A stretch of DNA of 64,000 bases, taken from assembly GCA_963803805.1 (NCBI GenBank), contig CAWDOD010000002.1, positions 160,001 to 224,000 of the forward strand, read 5' to 3'. Both the position numbers and the translations under genes were made by a program. This document shows, piece by piece, positions 10,605 through 21,458 of this stretch. The notes under the pieces were generated by a model. That model did not search any database. It saw only the letters and a program-made list of their open reading frames with translations, and was not told the DNA's origin. The first letter of the stretch is position 1; every line of letters begins with the position of its first letter. The stretch is from an uncultured cyanobacterium. Lineage in GTDB: Bacteria > Cyanobacteriota > Cyanobacteriia > Cyanobacteriales > CAWCAG01.

Positions 10605-10964
10605 ATGTTACCTCAAGCTTATAGTCAAGCCTATCAAAACTTATTGGCAGCTTTAGAAGACCTAAAGCATATTACGGTTAACCCTAATTTTGAATCTACC
10701 TCTGTGAAGAAAAGCTTTCAACAACTACAGAGGATTTATGAGACGGAAATTCTTATTTTAAATAAAGAAGCATTGGCTCTAAAGCTCGCACCTCGCCAGC
10801 AAGCTATACAAACAGAAATCCACCGAGCATTTAAACTAATGGCAATGGATATAATGTTTTTAGCTTCTTCTAAGCAAACAAAAACCTCCGAATCGAGATT
10901 GGCTAACTTAGGGGAGCGTATCTCTCAGCTTATTGGTTATTGCCAGATTTTGCTAACAGCTTAA
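10605..10964 (+). CDS. patD: PatD-family protein
   Basis: QTEIHR..LM.MD.MFL and LIGYC motifs; divergent from rel, as I recall for other cyanobacteria. Confidence 0.7.
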   Translation: MLPQAYSQAYQNLLAALEDLKHITVNPNFESTSVKKSFQQLQRIYETEILILNKEALALKLAPRQQAIQTEIHRAFKLMAMDIMFLASSKQTKTSESRLANLGERISQLIGYCQILLTA

Positions 10965-10994
10965 GAATTATCAATTGTCAATTATCAATTATCA

Positions 10995-13988
10995 ATGCCC
11001 AACCCCTTAGCTAAATTCCCGCGCCACCACAAGATATTAAGCTTGCTAGTTCTCATGATTGGACTAGGGTTTGCTTTAGATATTGTTTCCACTTTAAAAG
11101 CAGAATCTCTTTGGTTTCAGGAAATTGGTTATATCGGAGTTTTTGTAAAGGGATTAACCAACAAATTACAACTTTGGCTACTCACTTTCTTGACTTCGGG
11201 GGTGTTTTTATTTCTCAATATATTCCTAGCTAAAAAGTTTCGCTATCCTAAACCAGAAGAACAAGAAAGAAAATACCTGACATTTGAGTCTTTACCTAGT
11301 AAAACGACTCAAAAAAATACACCTAAAACTGCTTTTCGTTTAAAAATATTACTACCTCTTCTTATAGGACTAAACTTGCTGGTTAGTCTAATATTTCTGC
11401 ATTATAGTCAAATAGCAGTTCAATTTTGGCAACCGGGTTTAAGTTTGCTAAATGTTGCTCCCTCTCTGCCTTTTTCTCTCCGATTGGAAATAGCTCAATT
11501 AGCAAATTCGATACTAGCTAAAAACGTCGTCTTTTGGCAAATTGGTTTAGGGATTGCTATAGCAATTATTTTATTCATTAATACTGAATTCACCCTCATA
11601 GTGATCGCCTTGGGGTTAAGTTTAATTTTTAGCACTATAATTGCTGGTAACTGGACGAGATTTTTACAATACTTCACTGCCACAAGCTTCAACGAATTAG
11701 ATCCCCTATTTCAAAATGATCTGAGCTTTTACATTTTTAAATTTCCCATTTGGAAGTTATTAGACTTTTGGCTGAGTGGTTTATTTGGTTATACATTTAT
11801 TGCTTGTTGTTTACTCTATTTAGTTTCAGGAAATAGTCTTTCTCAAGGTAAATTTCCGGGCTTTTCTCTACCTCAATTGCATCATCTTCAGGGACTAGGT
11901 AGTTTGATGATGTTCACAGAAGCCCTTAATCATTGGCTCAAGCGCTACGAATTGCTCTACTCTTTAAGGGGTGTAGCTTACGGCGCTAGCTATACCGATG
12001 TTAAAATACAGTTACCTGTAGAAACTGGCCTTGCTGTAGCCGGAGGTGGAATCGCCCTTTGGCTTTTATGGCGGAGTTTAACTAAATATACCCTTGCTCC
12101 TTCCCTTTACCCTGCCCTTGGTGTTCTGAGTGCCTACTTAATCGCCTTTGTCCTTTTCGCCAAACTCTTACCAGCAACAGTACAGCGTTTAGGAGTATTA
12201 CCTAATGAATTAGCCAGGGAAGAACTTTATATTCAAAGAAGTATTACCAACACCAGAAAAGCCTTTGGTTTAGAAACCATCGAAGCAATCCAATTTAATC
12301 CTCAAGCAGGGCTTAATGCCGAAGATATTACAGAAAACAGTTTAACGGTTAGGGATATTCGTCTTTGGGACACTCGCCCTTTATTACAAACCAACCGCCA
12401 ACTACAACAAATTCGCCTCTACTATCGCTTTCCCGACGCTGATATTGACCGCTACACCCTCAAAGTTAGCGAAAAAGAAGATAATACGATCCCCGATACC
12501 CTTAGACAACAAGTAATTATTGCTCCTAGGGAACTAGACTATAGTGCTGTACCCCAAGAAGCACAAACCTGGGTTAATAAACACCTCGTTTATACCCACG
12601 GTTATGGTTTTACCCTCTCTCCTGTTAATAAAGTAGGAGAAGGGGGGCTACCTTTCTACTTTGTTAAGGATATTGGTACAGGTTCAGATGAAAGTGAAAG
12701 AGGGGCATTGCGTACTTCCGCTCCTGAGATTAGAGATAGTATCCCTATTGGTAAACCCCGCATTTATTACGGGCAACTAACCGACAACTACGTCCTCACT
12801 TCCACTAGAATCGAGGAATTAGATTATCCCAGCGGGGATGATAACGTCTACAACAGTTACGACGGTAGAGGGGGTATTGACATTGGTAACTATTGGCGAC
12901 GTATTCTTTTTGCTGCCTATCTTAAAGATTGGCAAATGCTGTTCACAGAAAACTTTACCCCCCAAACCAAACTTCTTCTACGCCGGGATATCAAAACTCG
13001 TGTTGCGGCGATCGCACCTTTTTTGCGTTTTGATCGTGACCCCTATTTAGTTAATGCTAATGTTCCTGAAGTTGGGGAAGCCAACCAAGAAAACTATCTC
13101 TATTGGATAATTGATGCCTACACCACTAGCAACCGTTATCCTTACTCCGATCCAGGAAAGAACCGATTTAACTACATCCGTAACTCAGTGAAAATTGTTG
13201 TGGATGCCTACAATGGCGACGTAGATTTTTATGTTGTAGATCAAAGTGATCCCATCATCCAAACCTGGGCTAAAATTTTCCCTCAACTTTTCAAACCCCT
13301 AGAAGAGATGCCAGAAACCCTCTTTAGTCATATTCGCTATCCAGTTGATTTGTTTAGCGCCCAATCGAAACAGTTGTTAACCTATCATATGACTGACTCC
13401 CAAGTCTTTTATAACCGAGAAGATCAATGGCAAATTCCCCAAGAGATTTATGGGGCTGAGTCTCAACCAGTAGAACCCTATTACCTCATTGTTAAATTAC
13501 CAGAGTTAACCTCAGAAGAATTTATTCTCCTTCATCCTTACACTCCCACTAGTCGTAATAATTTAGTTGCTTGGCTAGCGGCACGTTCCGATGGCGATAA
13601 TTATGGCAAACTCTTACTCTATGAGTTCCCCAAACAAAGACTAATTTATGGACCAGAACAAATTGAAGCCTTAATTAACCAAGATCCGGTGATTTCCCAG
13701 CAAATCTCCCTTTGGGATAACCGAGGTTCTAATGCCATTCAAGGGAACTTATTAATGATTCCCATTGAACAATCTTTAATTTATGTAGAACCCCTCTATT
13801 TAGAAGCAGAAGAAAATAGTCTGCCTATTTTAGCGAGGGTAATTGTGGTGTATGAAAACCGTATTGCTATGGCAGAAACGTTAGAAGAAGCCTTAGAAGT
13901 ACTTTTCAACCCCGAAAAAGCAGAGAGTACTTCGCCAGGAACAATTATTCGTGAAGTTGAAGATCCCACCCTTTTAGCAGAACCCTAA
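10995..13988 (+). CDS. UPF0182 family membrane protein
   Basis: LWF.EIGY, DPLF..DLSFYIF, GASYTDV, IRLWD.RP, YTHGYG, NYIRNSVK motifs; 997 aa. Confidence 0.93.
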   Translation: MPNPLAKFPRHHKILSLLVLMIGLGFALDIVSTLKAESLWFQEIGYIGVFVKGLTNKLQLWLLTFLTSGVFLFLNIFLAKKFRYPKPEEQERKYLTFESLPSKTTQKNTPKTAFRLKILLPLLIGLNLLVSLIFLHYSQIAVQFWQPGLSLLNVAPSLPFSLRLEIAQLANSILAKNVVFWQIGLGIAIAIILFINTEFTLIVIALGLSLIFSTIIAGNWTRFLQYFTATSFNELDPLFQNDLSFYIFKFPIWKLLDFWLSGLFGYTFIACCLLYLVSGNSLSQGKFPGFSLPQLHHLQGLGSLMMFTEALNHWLKRYELLYSLRGVAYGASYTDVKIQLPVETGLAVAGGGIALWLLWRSLTKYTLAPSLYPALGVLSAYLIAFVLFAKLLPATVQRLGVLPNELAREELYIQRSITNTRKAFGLETIEAIQFNPQAGLNAEDITENSLTVRDIRLWDTRPLLQTNRQLQQIRLYYRFPDADIDRYTLKVSEKEDNTIPDTLRQQVIIAPRELDYSAVPQEAQTWVNKHLVYTHGYGFTLSPVNKVGEGGLPFYFVKDIGTGSDESERGALRTSAPEIRDSIPIGKPRIYYGQLTDNYVLTSTRIEELDYPSGDDNVYNSYDGRGGIDIGNYWRRILFAAYLKDWQMLFTENFTPQTKLLLRRDIKTRVAAIAPFLRFDRDPYLVNANVPEVGEANQENYLYWIIDAYTTSNRYPYSDPGKNRFNYIRNSVKIVVDAYNGDVDFYVVDQSDPIIQTWAKIFPQLFKPLEEMPETLFSHIRYPVDLFSAQSKQLLTYHMTDSQVFYNREDQWQIPQEIYGAESQPVEPYYLIVKLPELTSEEFILLHPYTPTSRNNLVAWLAARSDGDNYGKLLLYEFPKQRLIYGPEQIEALINQDPVISQQISLWDNRGSNAIQGNLLMIPIEQSLIYVEPLYLEAEENSLPILARVIVVYENRIAMAETLEEALEVLFNPEKAESTSPGTIIREVEDPTLLAEP

Positions 13989-14146
13989 TTATTGCTTACA
14001 AAACTACAGTTGTTCAACTTCATTTTTACTTATCCGGTGTATCCAGCTATATCTGAAGCAGGAACCCCTGCTAAATTGGAAAATTTCTAATAGCACACAA
14101 GGTACAATCAAAATCAGGTAGTCATGTAGAAGTAATGGATGCACAG

Positions 14147-14229
14147 GTGCATCTCAAAGATGTCAATTTATAAGAGACAATAATGCTTTTAGCCTTCAAT
14201 CCCAGTATTTCTGCAAAACTGAGATGCAC
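14147..14229. mobile_element. Miniature inverted-repeat element (MITE-like)
   Basis: Perfect 10-bp inverted repeat GTGCATCTCA (14147-14156) / TGAGATGCAC (14220-14229). Confidence 0.45.
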
Positions 14230-14312
14230 TCTTTCCCCTTTATATTCCCTGTTGCCTATTCCCTCAACCAGGTTATCGTTAAATAGATAATTCTATTCCC
14301 TATTACCTATAA

Positions 14313-17300
14313 ATGATTGGACGACTCAAACTGGGGACAAAATTCACCGTCTTGTTGCTACTAATCTTTCTGGGCGGTATGGTACTTAGTGGCGTAGCTT
14401 TGTCTGGGGCTATGCAAAGTCGGGCTGAGAATGAAGTGGCTGCTAGAGCAGAAATTCTTATGCAAACTATGAATTCAGTGAGAAATTATACCAGCAATAA
14501 TATTAAATATCTTCTTGACAAACATTTGAATTGGTCATCAGAATTTGCTCCAGAAACTGTCCCTGCCTATTCTGCTAGGGAAGTTTTTGAAGATTTTCGT
14601 CGCCAGCCAGAATATGAACATTTTCTTTATAAAGAAGCGACTCTTAATCCGACTAATCTTCGGGACAAAGCAGACGAATTTGAGGCTAAATTAATTGAAC
14701 AGTTTCAACAAAATCCTGCCACCCAAGAAATTAAAGGCTATCACCAAGGTTTAGCAGAAAAGCATTTCTTTATTGCTCGTCCTGTCACCGTAGAACAAGA
14801 AAGTTGTCTTCAATGCCATAGCGTACCTCAACTTGCTCCGGAACATATGCTCAAAACCTATGGCACTGAACATGGTTTTGGCTGGAAACTAGGAGAAATT
14901 GTGGCAGCACAAACTATTTATGTTCCTGCTAGCCAAGTATTTGCTCAAGGTTCTCGATATTTGGTTTTGGTGATTAGCATCTTTACTAGTATTTTTGCCC
15001 TAGCTATTCTTTTAATCAACTTATTATTAAACCGTACTGTCGTTAATCCCCTCAAACAACTAACCCGAATTGCTCAAAAATCTACTAACCAAGAATCAGA
15101 ACCTGCTGAACTACTACAAAGCCTGGCTATACTAGGTGATGAACCGGGACAGTTAGCCAAAGCTTTTCAGGATATGAAGCAAGAGGTAAATGCCCGTGAA
15201 CAAAGACTAAAGCAAACCCAAGAAGCAATGCAATGCAGCGAGGAGTATTTTCGTTCCCTCATTGAACAAGCTTCTGATATCATTGCTATCTTAAATAGCG
15301 ATCGCACTCTTCGTTACGTTAGCCCAGCTATTCAAACCGCATTAGGATACCAAGCTGAGGCAGTTATAGAGCGAGATATTTTGGATTTTGTTCATCCTCA
15401 AGATTACCGAAGAATCAAGATATTTTTCCGTAGAATTCAACGCCGCTGGCATATTTCTGCTCCTGTGGAACTACGAATTAAGCATCAAGACGGTTCTTGG
15501 CAAACCATAGAAGCAATTGGCCATAATCGTCTTAACGATTCTATTATAGGTGGTTTTGTTGTCAATGCTCGTAATATTACAGCCCGGAGGTTAACAGAAA
15601 AGAAACTACAAAGAAGCGAAGCTTCTATTCGTTTGCTCCATGAAGTTACCACAAAACCAGAACTTAACTTTGAACAGCGTTTGCAACAGCTATTAATTAT
15701 GGGTTGTCAGCAGTTTGGTTTAGAGGTAGGTATTCTTAGCATGATTGAAGGGGATCACCATTTAGTTGCAGCGGTGCAAGCACCCGAATTTTTGGCAGAT
15801 CAGATTGAGTTGGGATCAGCATTTTTCTTAGGAGCAAAAAGTAATAAGGAAGCCCCACAGGAACTGAGTTTCGACACAACCAATGTTATGCTCCAAGCTA
15901 ACATTACCACTCAAGTATTCATAGAAGATGAACCCTACGGCAATCTTAGTTTTGCTAGTGTGGGTAAGCCCAATTCTAGCTTTAACTCGTCTGACGAGGA
16001 ACTGCTGAATTTGATGGGGCAGTGGCTAGGTAGCGAATTGCAACATCAGCACTCCGAATTCAAGTTAGCACAGGCAAGGGATGAAGCACTAGCTGCAAAC
16101 CGCTCTAAAAGTGAGTTTTTGGCGATTATGAGTCATGAAATTCGTACTCCTATGAATGCTGTCATTGGTATGACAGGATTACTATTCCACACGGATTTAA
16201 CCTCTCAACAACAGGACTTTGTAGAAACAATCCGTAGTAGTGGCAATGCTTTATTAGCCCTCATCAACGATATCCTCGACTTCTCAAAAATTGAAGCTGG
16301 TAGATTGGAGATGGAGGAACAACCTTTCTCATTACGTAGTTGCTTAGAAGAAGCCCTGGATTTGGTTGCCTCCAAAGCAGCAGAAAAAGGTTTGGAGTTA
16401 GCATATTTAATTGATCACCAAACCCCCAAAACAATTATTGGTGATGTTACTCGTGTTAGACAGGTTTTGGTTAATCTTTTAGGCAATGCTGTCAAGTTCA
16501 CCAAAGCTGGGGAGATTGTTGTTTTTGTATCAAGCAAACCCACAAATAACGATACCTATGAAATCCGATTTTCTGTTAAGGATGCAGGCATTGGTATTCC
16601 TCAAGAGGGAATGAATCGCCTTTTCCAATCCTTTAGTCAAGTTGACTCCTCCACCAGCCGTAAATATGGCGGTACGGGGTTAGGATTAGCCATTAGCAAA
16701 CTCCTCAGCGAAATGATGGGGGGAACAATGTGGGCAGAAAGCGAGGTGGGGGTTGGCTCTACTTTTCATTTTACTATTGCTGCCCAGGCTTCTTGGGAGT
16801 TAACAACAAGAGAGTCTAGCCAACTTTACCAATTAACGGGCAAGCAGATCTTAATTATTGAGCCAAACCTAGCTAATCAAGATATCCTCACTAGACAAAC
16901 TCAATCTTGGGGTATGGCGATTCAGGCAGTAGCATCAGGACTCCAAGGCTTAGATTGGCTTTGTCAGGGGCAAGAATGTGACCTAACCATAGTAGATATT
17001 GCTATACTCCAGAGGGAAGGATTTAAGCTTGTTAAAGCCATACGCCAGCAATCTGGGCAGAAAAATTTGCCCTTCATCATTTTAACTCCTGGCCATACTC
17101 GAGAACTAGATAAGCAAATTGAAGAATTAGAATTAGTTACAGTTCTGAACAAACCGCTCCAACCTTCTCACCTTTACAATCTCCTTATTACCATCTTTGC
17201 AGAAAAACCAATCCGAGTACAGCAAGAATTTATTAAAGATGAAACTGAAGTTATCCCTGAGCAAACTAAACCTTTACGCATTCTCTTAGCAGAAGATAAT

Positions 17301-18041
17301 GTAGTTAACCAAAAAGTTGCTCTACTCATGTTGGGAGAATTAGGCTACCGTGCAGACTTAGCAGGGAATGGCTTAGAAGTCTTAGAAGCTTTGCATCGCC
17401 AACCCTACGATGTTATTTTCATGGATGTGCAAATGCCAGAAATGGATGGTTTGACAGCAGCAGAACATATTTGCTTGCAATGGAATCCTCACTCTCGCCC
17501 CTATATAGTTGCAATGACAGCTAATGCTATGCAAGGAGACAGAGAAAGATGTCTCAAATCCGGTATGGATAATTATATCAGCAAACCTATACGCCTAAAA
17601 GAATTGAGTAGGGCCTTAAATGAATATCAGCCAGGAAGCGTAACTAATTTAAGGCCAGGTTTTCCAGAACAACAGCTACAAAACTCTGCTTCTGTGTTGG
17701 ATATGCACATCTTTGACTCTTTACGTCGTATGGCAGGGGCAAAGGCAGAACAGGTAATTGCAAACTTAATTAATAATTACCTTGAAGATGCACCCCAATA
17801 TCTCCAGCGCATGGAAGATGCTTTAGCCATGGCAGATCCCCAGAAATTGCGTCAAGCTGTCCACTCTTTGCGTTCTTCCAGCGCTAATTTAGGGGCTGTG
17901 GCATTAGCCCAACAATGCAAGGAGGTAGAAAATATTGCCCGTTCTGATACTACTAAAGGCGTTGCCGAGAAGTTGGTGGTTATCAAAGAAGAATATAAGA
18001 AGGTTGAGGAGGCTTTAAAAGGGGAGTTGAGGAAAAGTTGA
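14313..18041 (+). CDS. Hybrid sensor histidine kinase: periplasmic c-type heme (DUF3365-like), HAMP, PAS, GAF, HisKA, HATPase, REC, REC, Hpt
   Basis: Two TM helices flanking YKEATLNPTN and CLQCH; SHEIRTPMN H-box; GGTGLGL; REC MDVQMPEMDG; Hpt HSLRSSS. Confidence 0.9.
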   Translation: MIGRLKLGTKFTVLLLLIFLGGMVLSGVALSGAMQSRAENEVAARAEILMQTMNSVRNYTSNNIKYLLDKHLNWSSEFAPETVPAYSAREVFEDFRRQPEYEHFLYKEATLNPTNLRDKADEFEAKLIEQFQQNPATQEIKGYHQGLAEKHFFIARPVTVEQESCLQCHSVPQLAPEHMLKTYGTEHGFGWKLGEIVAAQTIYVPASQVFAQGSRYLVLVISIFTSIFALAILLINLLLNRTVVNPLKQLTRIAQKSTNQESEPAELLQSLAILGDEPGQLAKAFQDMKQEVNAREQRLKQTQEAMQCSEEYFRSLIEQASDIIAILNSDRTLRYVSPAIQTALGYQAEAVIERDILDFVHPQDYRRIKIFFRRIQRRWHISAPVELRIKHQDGSWQTIEAIGHNRLNDSIIGGFVVNARNITARRLTEKKLQRSEASIRLLHEVTTKPELNFEQRLQQLLIMGCQQFGLEVGILSMIEGDHHLVAAVQAPEFLADQIELGSAFFLGAKSNKEAPQELSFDTTNVMLQANITTQVFIEDEPYGNLSFASVGKPNSSFNSSDEELLNLMGQWLGSELQHQHSEFKLAQARDEALAANRSKSEFLAIMSHEIRTPMNAVIGMTGLLFHTDLTSQQQDFVETIRSSGNALLALINDILDFSKIEAGRLEMEEQPFSLRSCLEEALDLVASKAAEKGLELAYLIDHQTPKTIIGDVTRVRQVLVNLLGNAVKFTKAGEIVVFVSSKPTNNDTYEIRFSVKDAGIGIPQEGMNRLFQSFSQVDSSTSRKYGGTGLGLAISKLLSEMMGGTMWAESEVGVGSTFHFTIAAQASWELTTRESSQLYQLTGKQILIIEPNLANQDILTRQTQSWGMAIQAVASGLQGLDWLCQGQECDLTIVDIAILQREGFKLVKAIRQQSGQKNLPFIILTPGHTRELDKQIEELELVTVLNKPLQPSHLYNLLITIFAEKPIRVQQEFIKDETEVIPEQTKPLRILLAEDNVVNQKVALLMLGELGYRADLAGNGLEVLEALHRQPYDVIFMDVQMPEMDGLTAAEHICLQWNPHSRPYIVAMTANAMQGDRERCLKSGMDNYISKPIRLKELSRALNEYQPGSVTNLRPGFPEQQLQNSASVLDMHIFDSLRRMAGAKAEQVIANLINNYLEDAPQYLQRMEDALAMADPQKLRQAVHSLRSSSANLGAVALAQQCKEVENIARSDTTKGVAEKLVVIKEEYKKVEEALKGELRKS

Positions 18042-18060
18042 CTTGGTTCAACAGAACTAC

Positions 18061-19194
18061 TTAATCTAATTCAGCTAAAATAAATTGACTTACAGTATTG
18101 AGCCAGCTTATTGCTTGATTCTTCGAGACATTTTGAGGAGGAATTACGGCAAAAACAAGATAATACTTTTGTCCTTGATCAGTTTCTAAAAAGCTAGTAT
18201 CGAGGAAAGTATGAGTAAATAAGCCAATTCCACACTTACTAATTAACTTGCCTTTTTGATTAGCAAATTCTTGTGATAGCGGTTCCAAAAAGCGGCAGAA
18301 TGTATCCTCGTAACTAAAACCTAATTGTTGAGGAGTTTGTGACATAATCTCTTGTAACCAAAGCCGATCTTCTTGTGTTAAATCAAACCTCTGTTTAGGT
18401 GAAAAAATCTCAGGTTGAACTATTCGCATCAACACCTCTGCCAAATCTGTTGCACTAGCACAATTGCCCAACTTTTCTCCTATTTCATAACAAGAGAAAT
18501 CTTGAGATACGCTTTGTGGAGGAGATTGAGTAACTTTGTCTCGGAAACGAACCTCAAAAGCAGGAGAATCAATAAGTGTCCCTTGATTCAACATTAAACG
18601 GTTAACCGCAAAATGCTCTAAACCCTTAGCCTGCATTCTCAAATTGAGATTTTCAAATCCTAAAAAGAGAATCAACCGATTCGTTGCCTCGTTGCTAGAA
18701 AGTACTAAAGCTTGCTTAATATCTTCACCAATAGAATACCAAGTAGAATTACCTGAGATACGATACTCAGTTTCTTTTGGTAAGTTCATTTGCTTTAGCT
18801 GTTCTAAAACTAAGGCAGAAATTCCCACCTTAACAGTGGAAGCAGGATTGAAAAAACCGGCATCATCACTATCTTGAATCTTATTACCATTGGTATCTTG
18901 ATAAATAGCTTGATGATAATAATAGTTAAATTGAGGAGAATTTTGAGGCTCATTGACTTTAATAAAAAGAGCTTTGCCCTGCCAGTTTTCCATCTGTTCA
19001 CTAAATTTTCCTTGCTCTAAAATCTCTCCTAATTTGGTCAGATTTATTTGGACATCGCGTTGAGAAAATTGAGCATCAACTTGATTAGTTTCTGCTGATG
19101 AAGCAACCACTTCTGAGGGTGTTTCAGGAGTGGTTGTAGTTTGGCTGCAACCACATAAGAAAAATGGTAATGACAACAGAGCTAAGTATTTCAT
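18061..19194 (-). CDS. Lipoprotein, serine hydrolase (class A beta-lactamase-like fold)
   Basis: Lipobox LCG-C; FNPASTVK (SxxK), SSN, SKCG (KTG equivalent). Confidence 0.75.
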   Translation of the reverse strand: MKYLALLSLPFFLCGCSQTTTTPETPSEVVASSAETNQVDAQFSQRDVQINLTKLGEILEQGKFSEQMENWQGKALFIKVNEPQNSPQFNYYYHQAIYQDTNGNKIQDSDDAGFFNPASTVKVGISALVLEQLKQMNLPKETEYRISGNSTWYSIGEDIKQALVLSSNEATNRLILFLGFENLNLRMQAKGLEHFAVNRLMLNQGTLIDSPAFEVRFRDKVTQSPPQSVSQDFSCYEIGEKLGNCASATDLAEVLMRIVQPEIFSPKQRFDLTQEDRLWLQEIMSQTPQQLGFSYEDTFCRFLEPLSQEFANQKGKLISKCGIGLFTHTFLDTSFLETDQGQKYYLVFAVIPPQNVSKNQAISWLNTVSQFILAELD

Positions 19195-19272
19195 GGAAAA
19201 TTAGACTTCTACAAAACCTTTGATTGGAAATAGGTAAATGTTTGGTAAGGATAATTGATAATTAAAGCGAAA

Positions 19273-19400
19273 TTTGTGTTATAATTATCTCATCAGATAA
19301 AATTCGTTATCAATCAGAAAAAATATTTTTTTGGAGATGTGGTTGGGAGCTTTCTTTAAATGCACTGAAGAGGGCAAACATCTAAGCTGGAAAGAAATAA
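19273..19400 (+). repeat. Dispersed intergenic element copy 2 with extended -10 promoter
   Basis: Homologous to 2414-2536. Confidence 0.7.
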
Positions 19401-19490
19401 ACATAATCTGACCCAAAGACATTGTTCGACCTACCACCAACATACTTCTGTAACTCCCGTCGCTTTCTGCGCCCTACCCCCTTCCCTTAA

Positions 19491-21134
19491 TTATCCAGGA
19501 TAAGTATTAATCTCCCAATGCCTTGTACCCAGAGGACAAGCTGAACCCAAATTAGCAATGTCCCATTGAACATAAGCATTATTATTATTTTTCCAAGTCA
19601 CAGTAAAAGCCCCATTACAGTTACCTGCTTCTCCTGATAGTTCAAAATTACCTTGCAAAGTATCCCCGTTGCTACAGCCCCCTGTTTGGGGAGAAGGAAT
19701 AGTCACTGTCCCCCGCAAAGGTGGTTTGTCGTAACCAAATACAGTTTGTACAGAGTTGATTTGGCTAGTACCAAAACAAACTTGGTCTAACTTAGGAATC
19801 CTAGTCAAACCACTTTCAGAGCGCCAAACTTGGTTTGTGGGCTGAGGGTTAGATGCAGGAGTTTGGGTTGGTGAAGGAACAGCAGGAGTTGAAGAAAAAT
19901 TGTTAGATTCTGGAACTTGAACTTCTTTTTCAGCAGAAGGAGTTGTAACTTCAGGAGAAGGTATTGCAGGTTGAGTAGTAGGAGAAGTAGATTCTTTCTC
20001 CTCTTGCACCGGCTTGATAACCTTTATCTCCTCAGTACTTTCTTCATCAGTTGTAGAATCGGAGGCTACATTAACATCTGAGGAGTCATTGCCACTTAAG
20101 CCTAAGCCAATAATAATTGAGCCAGAAACCACAGCCACAGCTAAGGCCATCAAACCCACCATCAAACCTTTCTGAGAGGCCGGGGTTGTAGTTGGGGTAG
20201 AGATAGAAACATCTGTAGAAGGTTGAGGTTGAGGTTGAGGTGGAGAAGTGATAGTAGAAATCGAAGTAGGAGGAGTCGTTACCCCAAGTGAGGCTAGAGT
20301 CGGAGCAACTGTCCCCCCATTTTGGAGAGCAGATAACATAGCTATAGCACTACCGAAGCGATCGCGAGGATGAGACATTACTGTCTTACCTAACACTGTG
20401 GCAAAATCCGCACTAATGGGCTGTACTTCTTGCTGCCAAATAATCTCTCCTGTTTGTGGATCGGTGGCAAATTGCTGGGGCATCTTACCACTAAGCAGAT
20501 AAATTACGGTTAACCCCAAAGCATACAAGTCGCTAGAAAATACTGGTCTACCAGCAGCCTGCTCACTAGGCATAAAACCGGGCGTACCAATTACAATAGA
20601 GCTTGTAGTGTTTCCTTGAGAGTTGATTGCTGTTCCCATAGTTTCTCTGACTGCCCCAAAGTCAATCAGCACAGGCAAATTATCTCCAGAGCGTAGCATG
20701 ATATTCTCTGGTTTGATATCTCGATGAACTATGCCCCGGTTATGTACATAGTCCAACACCGGCAAAACTTTAAGCATCATCTGCTTAACCGACTGCTCAC
20801 TTTGCAACCCCTGCTGCTGTAACAAGGTGCTTAAATCAACACCATCAACCCACTCCTGTACTAGATAAAATTGCCCTCCTTCGGAGAAATAAGCATAAAG
20901 TTCAGGGATTTGCTGATTGCCTTTACCCAATTGCTCTAGGATTGCTGCTTCTCTTTGAAAACGCTCCTGCACTAACTGATAAATCTGGGGATCATTAACT
21001 ATCGGTTTGAGTTGCTTGATTACACAACGGCGGGCTGAAGGCAGATGAACATCTTCTGCGAGGAAAGTCTGTCCGAAGCCCCCCTGACCGAGAGTTTTAA
21101 TAACTTGATAGCGATTGTTGAGAATTTGTGACAT
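19491..21134 (-). CDS. Hanks-type Ser/Thr protein kinase with TM helix and S/T/P-rich extracellular region
   Basis: LGQGGFG, VIKQL, HRDIKPEN, IDFG, GTPGFMPSEQ. Confidence 0.93.
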   Translation of the reverse strand: MSQILNNRYQVIKTLGQGGFGQTFLAEDVHLPSARRCVIKQLKPIVNDPQIYQLVQERFQREAAILEQLGKGNQQIPELYAYFSEGGQFYLVQEWVDGVDLSTLLQQQGLQSEQSVKQMMLKVLPVLDYVHNRGIVHRDIKPENIMLRSGDNLPVLIDFGAVRETMGTAINSQGNTTSSIVIGTPGFMPSEQAAGRPVFSSDLYALGLTVIYLLSGKMPQQFATDPQTGEIIWQQEVQPISADFATVLGKTVMSHPRDRFGSAIAMLSALQNGGTVAPTLASLGVTTPPTSISTITSPPQPQPQPSTDVSISTPTTTPASQKGLMVGLMALAVAVVSGSIIIGLGLSGNDSSDVNVASDSTTDEESTEEIKVIKPVQEEKESTSPTTQPAIPSPEVTTPSAEKEVQVPESNNFSSTPAVPSPTQTPASNPQPTNQVWRSESGLTRIPKLDQVCFGTSQINSVQTVFGYDKPPLRGTVTIPSPQTGGCSNGDTLQGNFELSGEAGNCNGAFTVTWKNNNNAYVQWDIANLGSACPLGTRHWEINTYPG

Positions 21135-21458
21135 GGGACTATCTCTATGATTTATGCCAAAACAATTAGCTTGATAAGATTGCTAACTACTGTATTCATA
21201 CAGCCGTTGAAGATGAGAATCCAAAATCTAAAACTTATAAATAATGCCAATTAACTTATTCCTTATATAACTAGCTATTTAGCTTCTGTTGGAATAATGG
21301 GAGCAACTCTTGATAGCACTTCAAAAAAGCGAAATCACCACGATGTCGAGATGCACGCGCTGCGAAAAATAGTTCATTACGCAATTCAGTAATAGTTGAC
21401 CTCGATTGTAGTTTGCTGAGGTGAATTAGCTTGTTCGCGATCTTATCCTACAACTACA

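Noticed and set aside
18061-19194. Antibiotic-resistance beta-lactamase call
   Set aside because: Only fold-level SxxK/SxN/KxG motifs; no class A Glu166 omega-loop signature recognised
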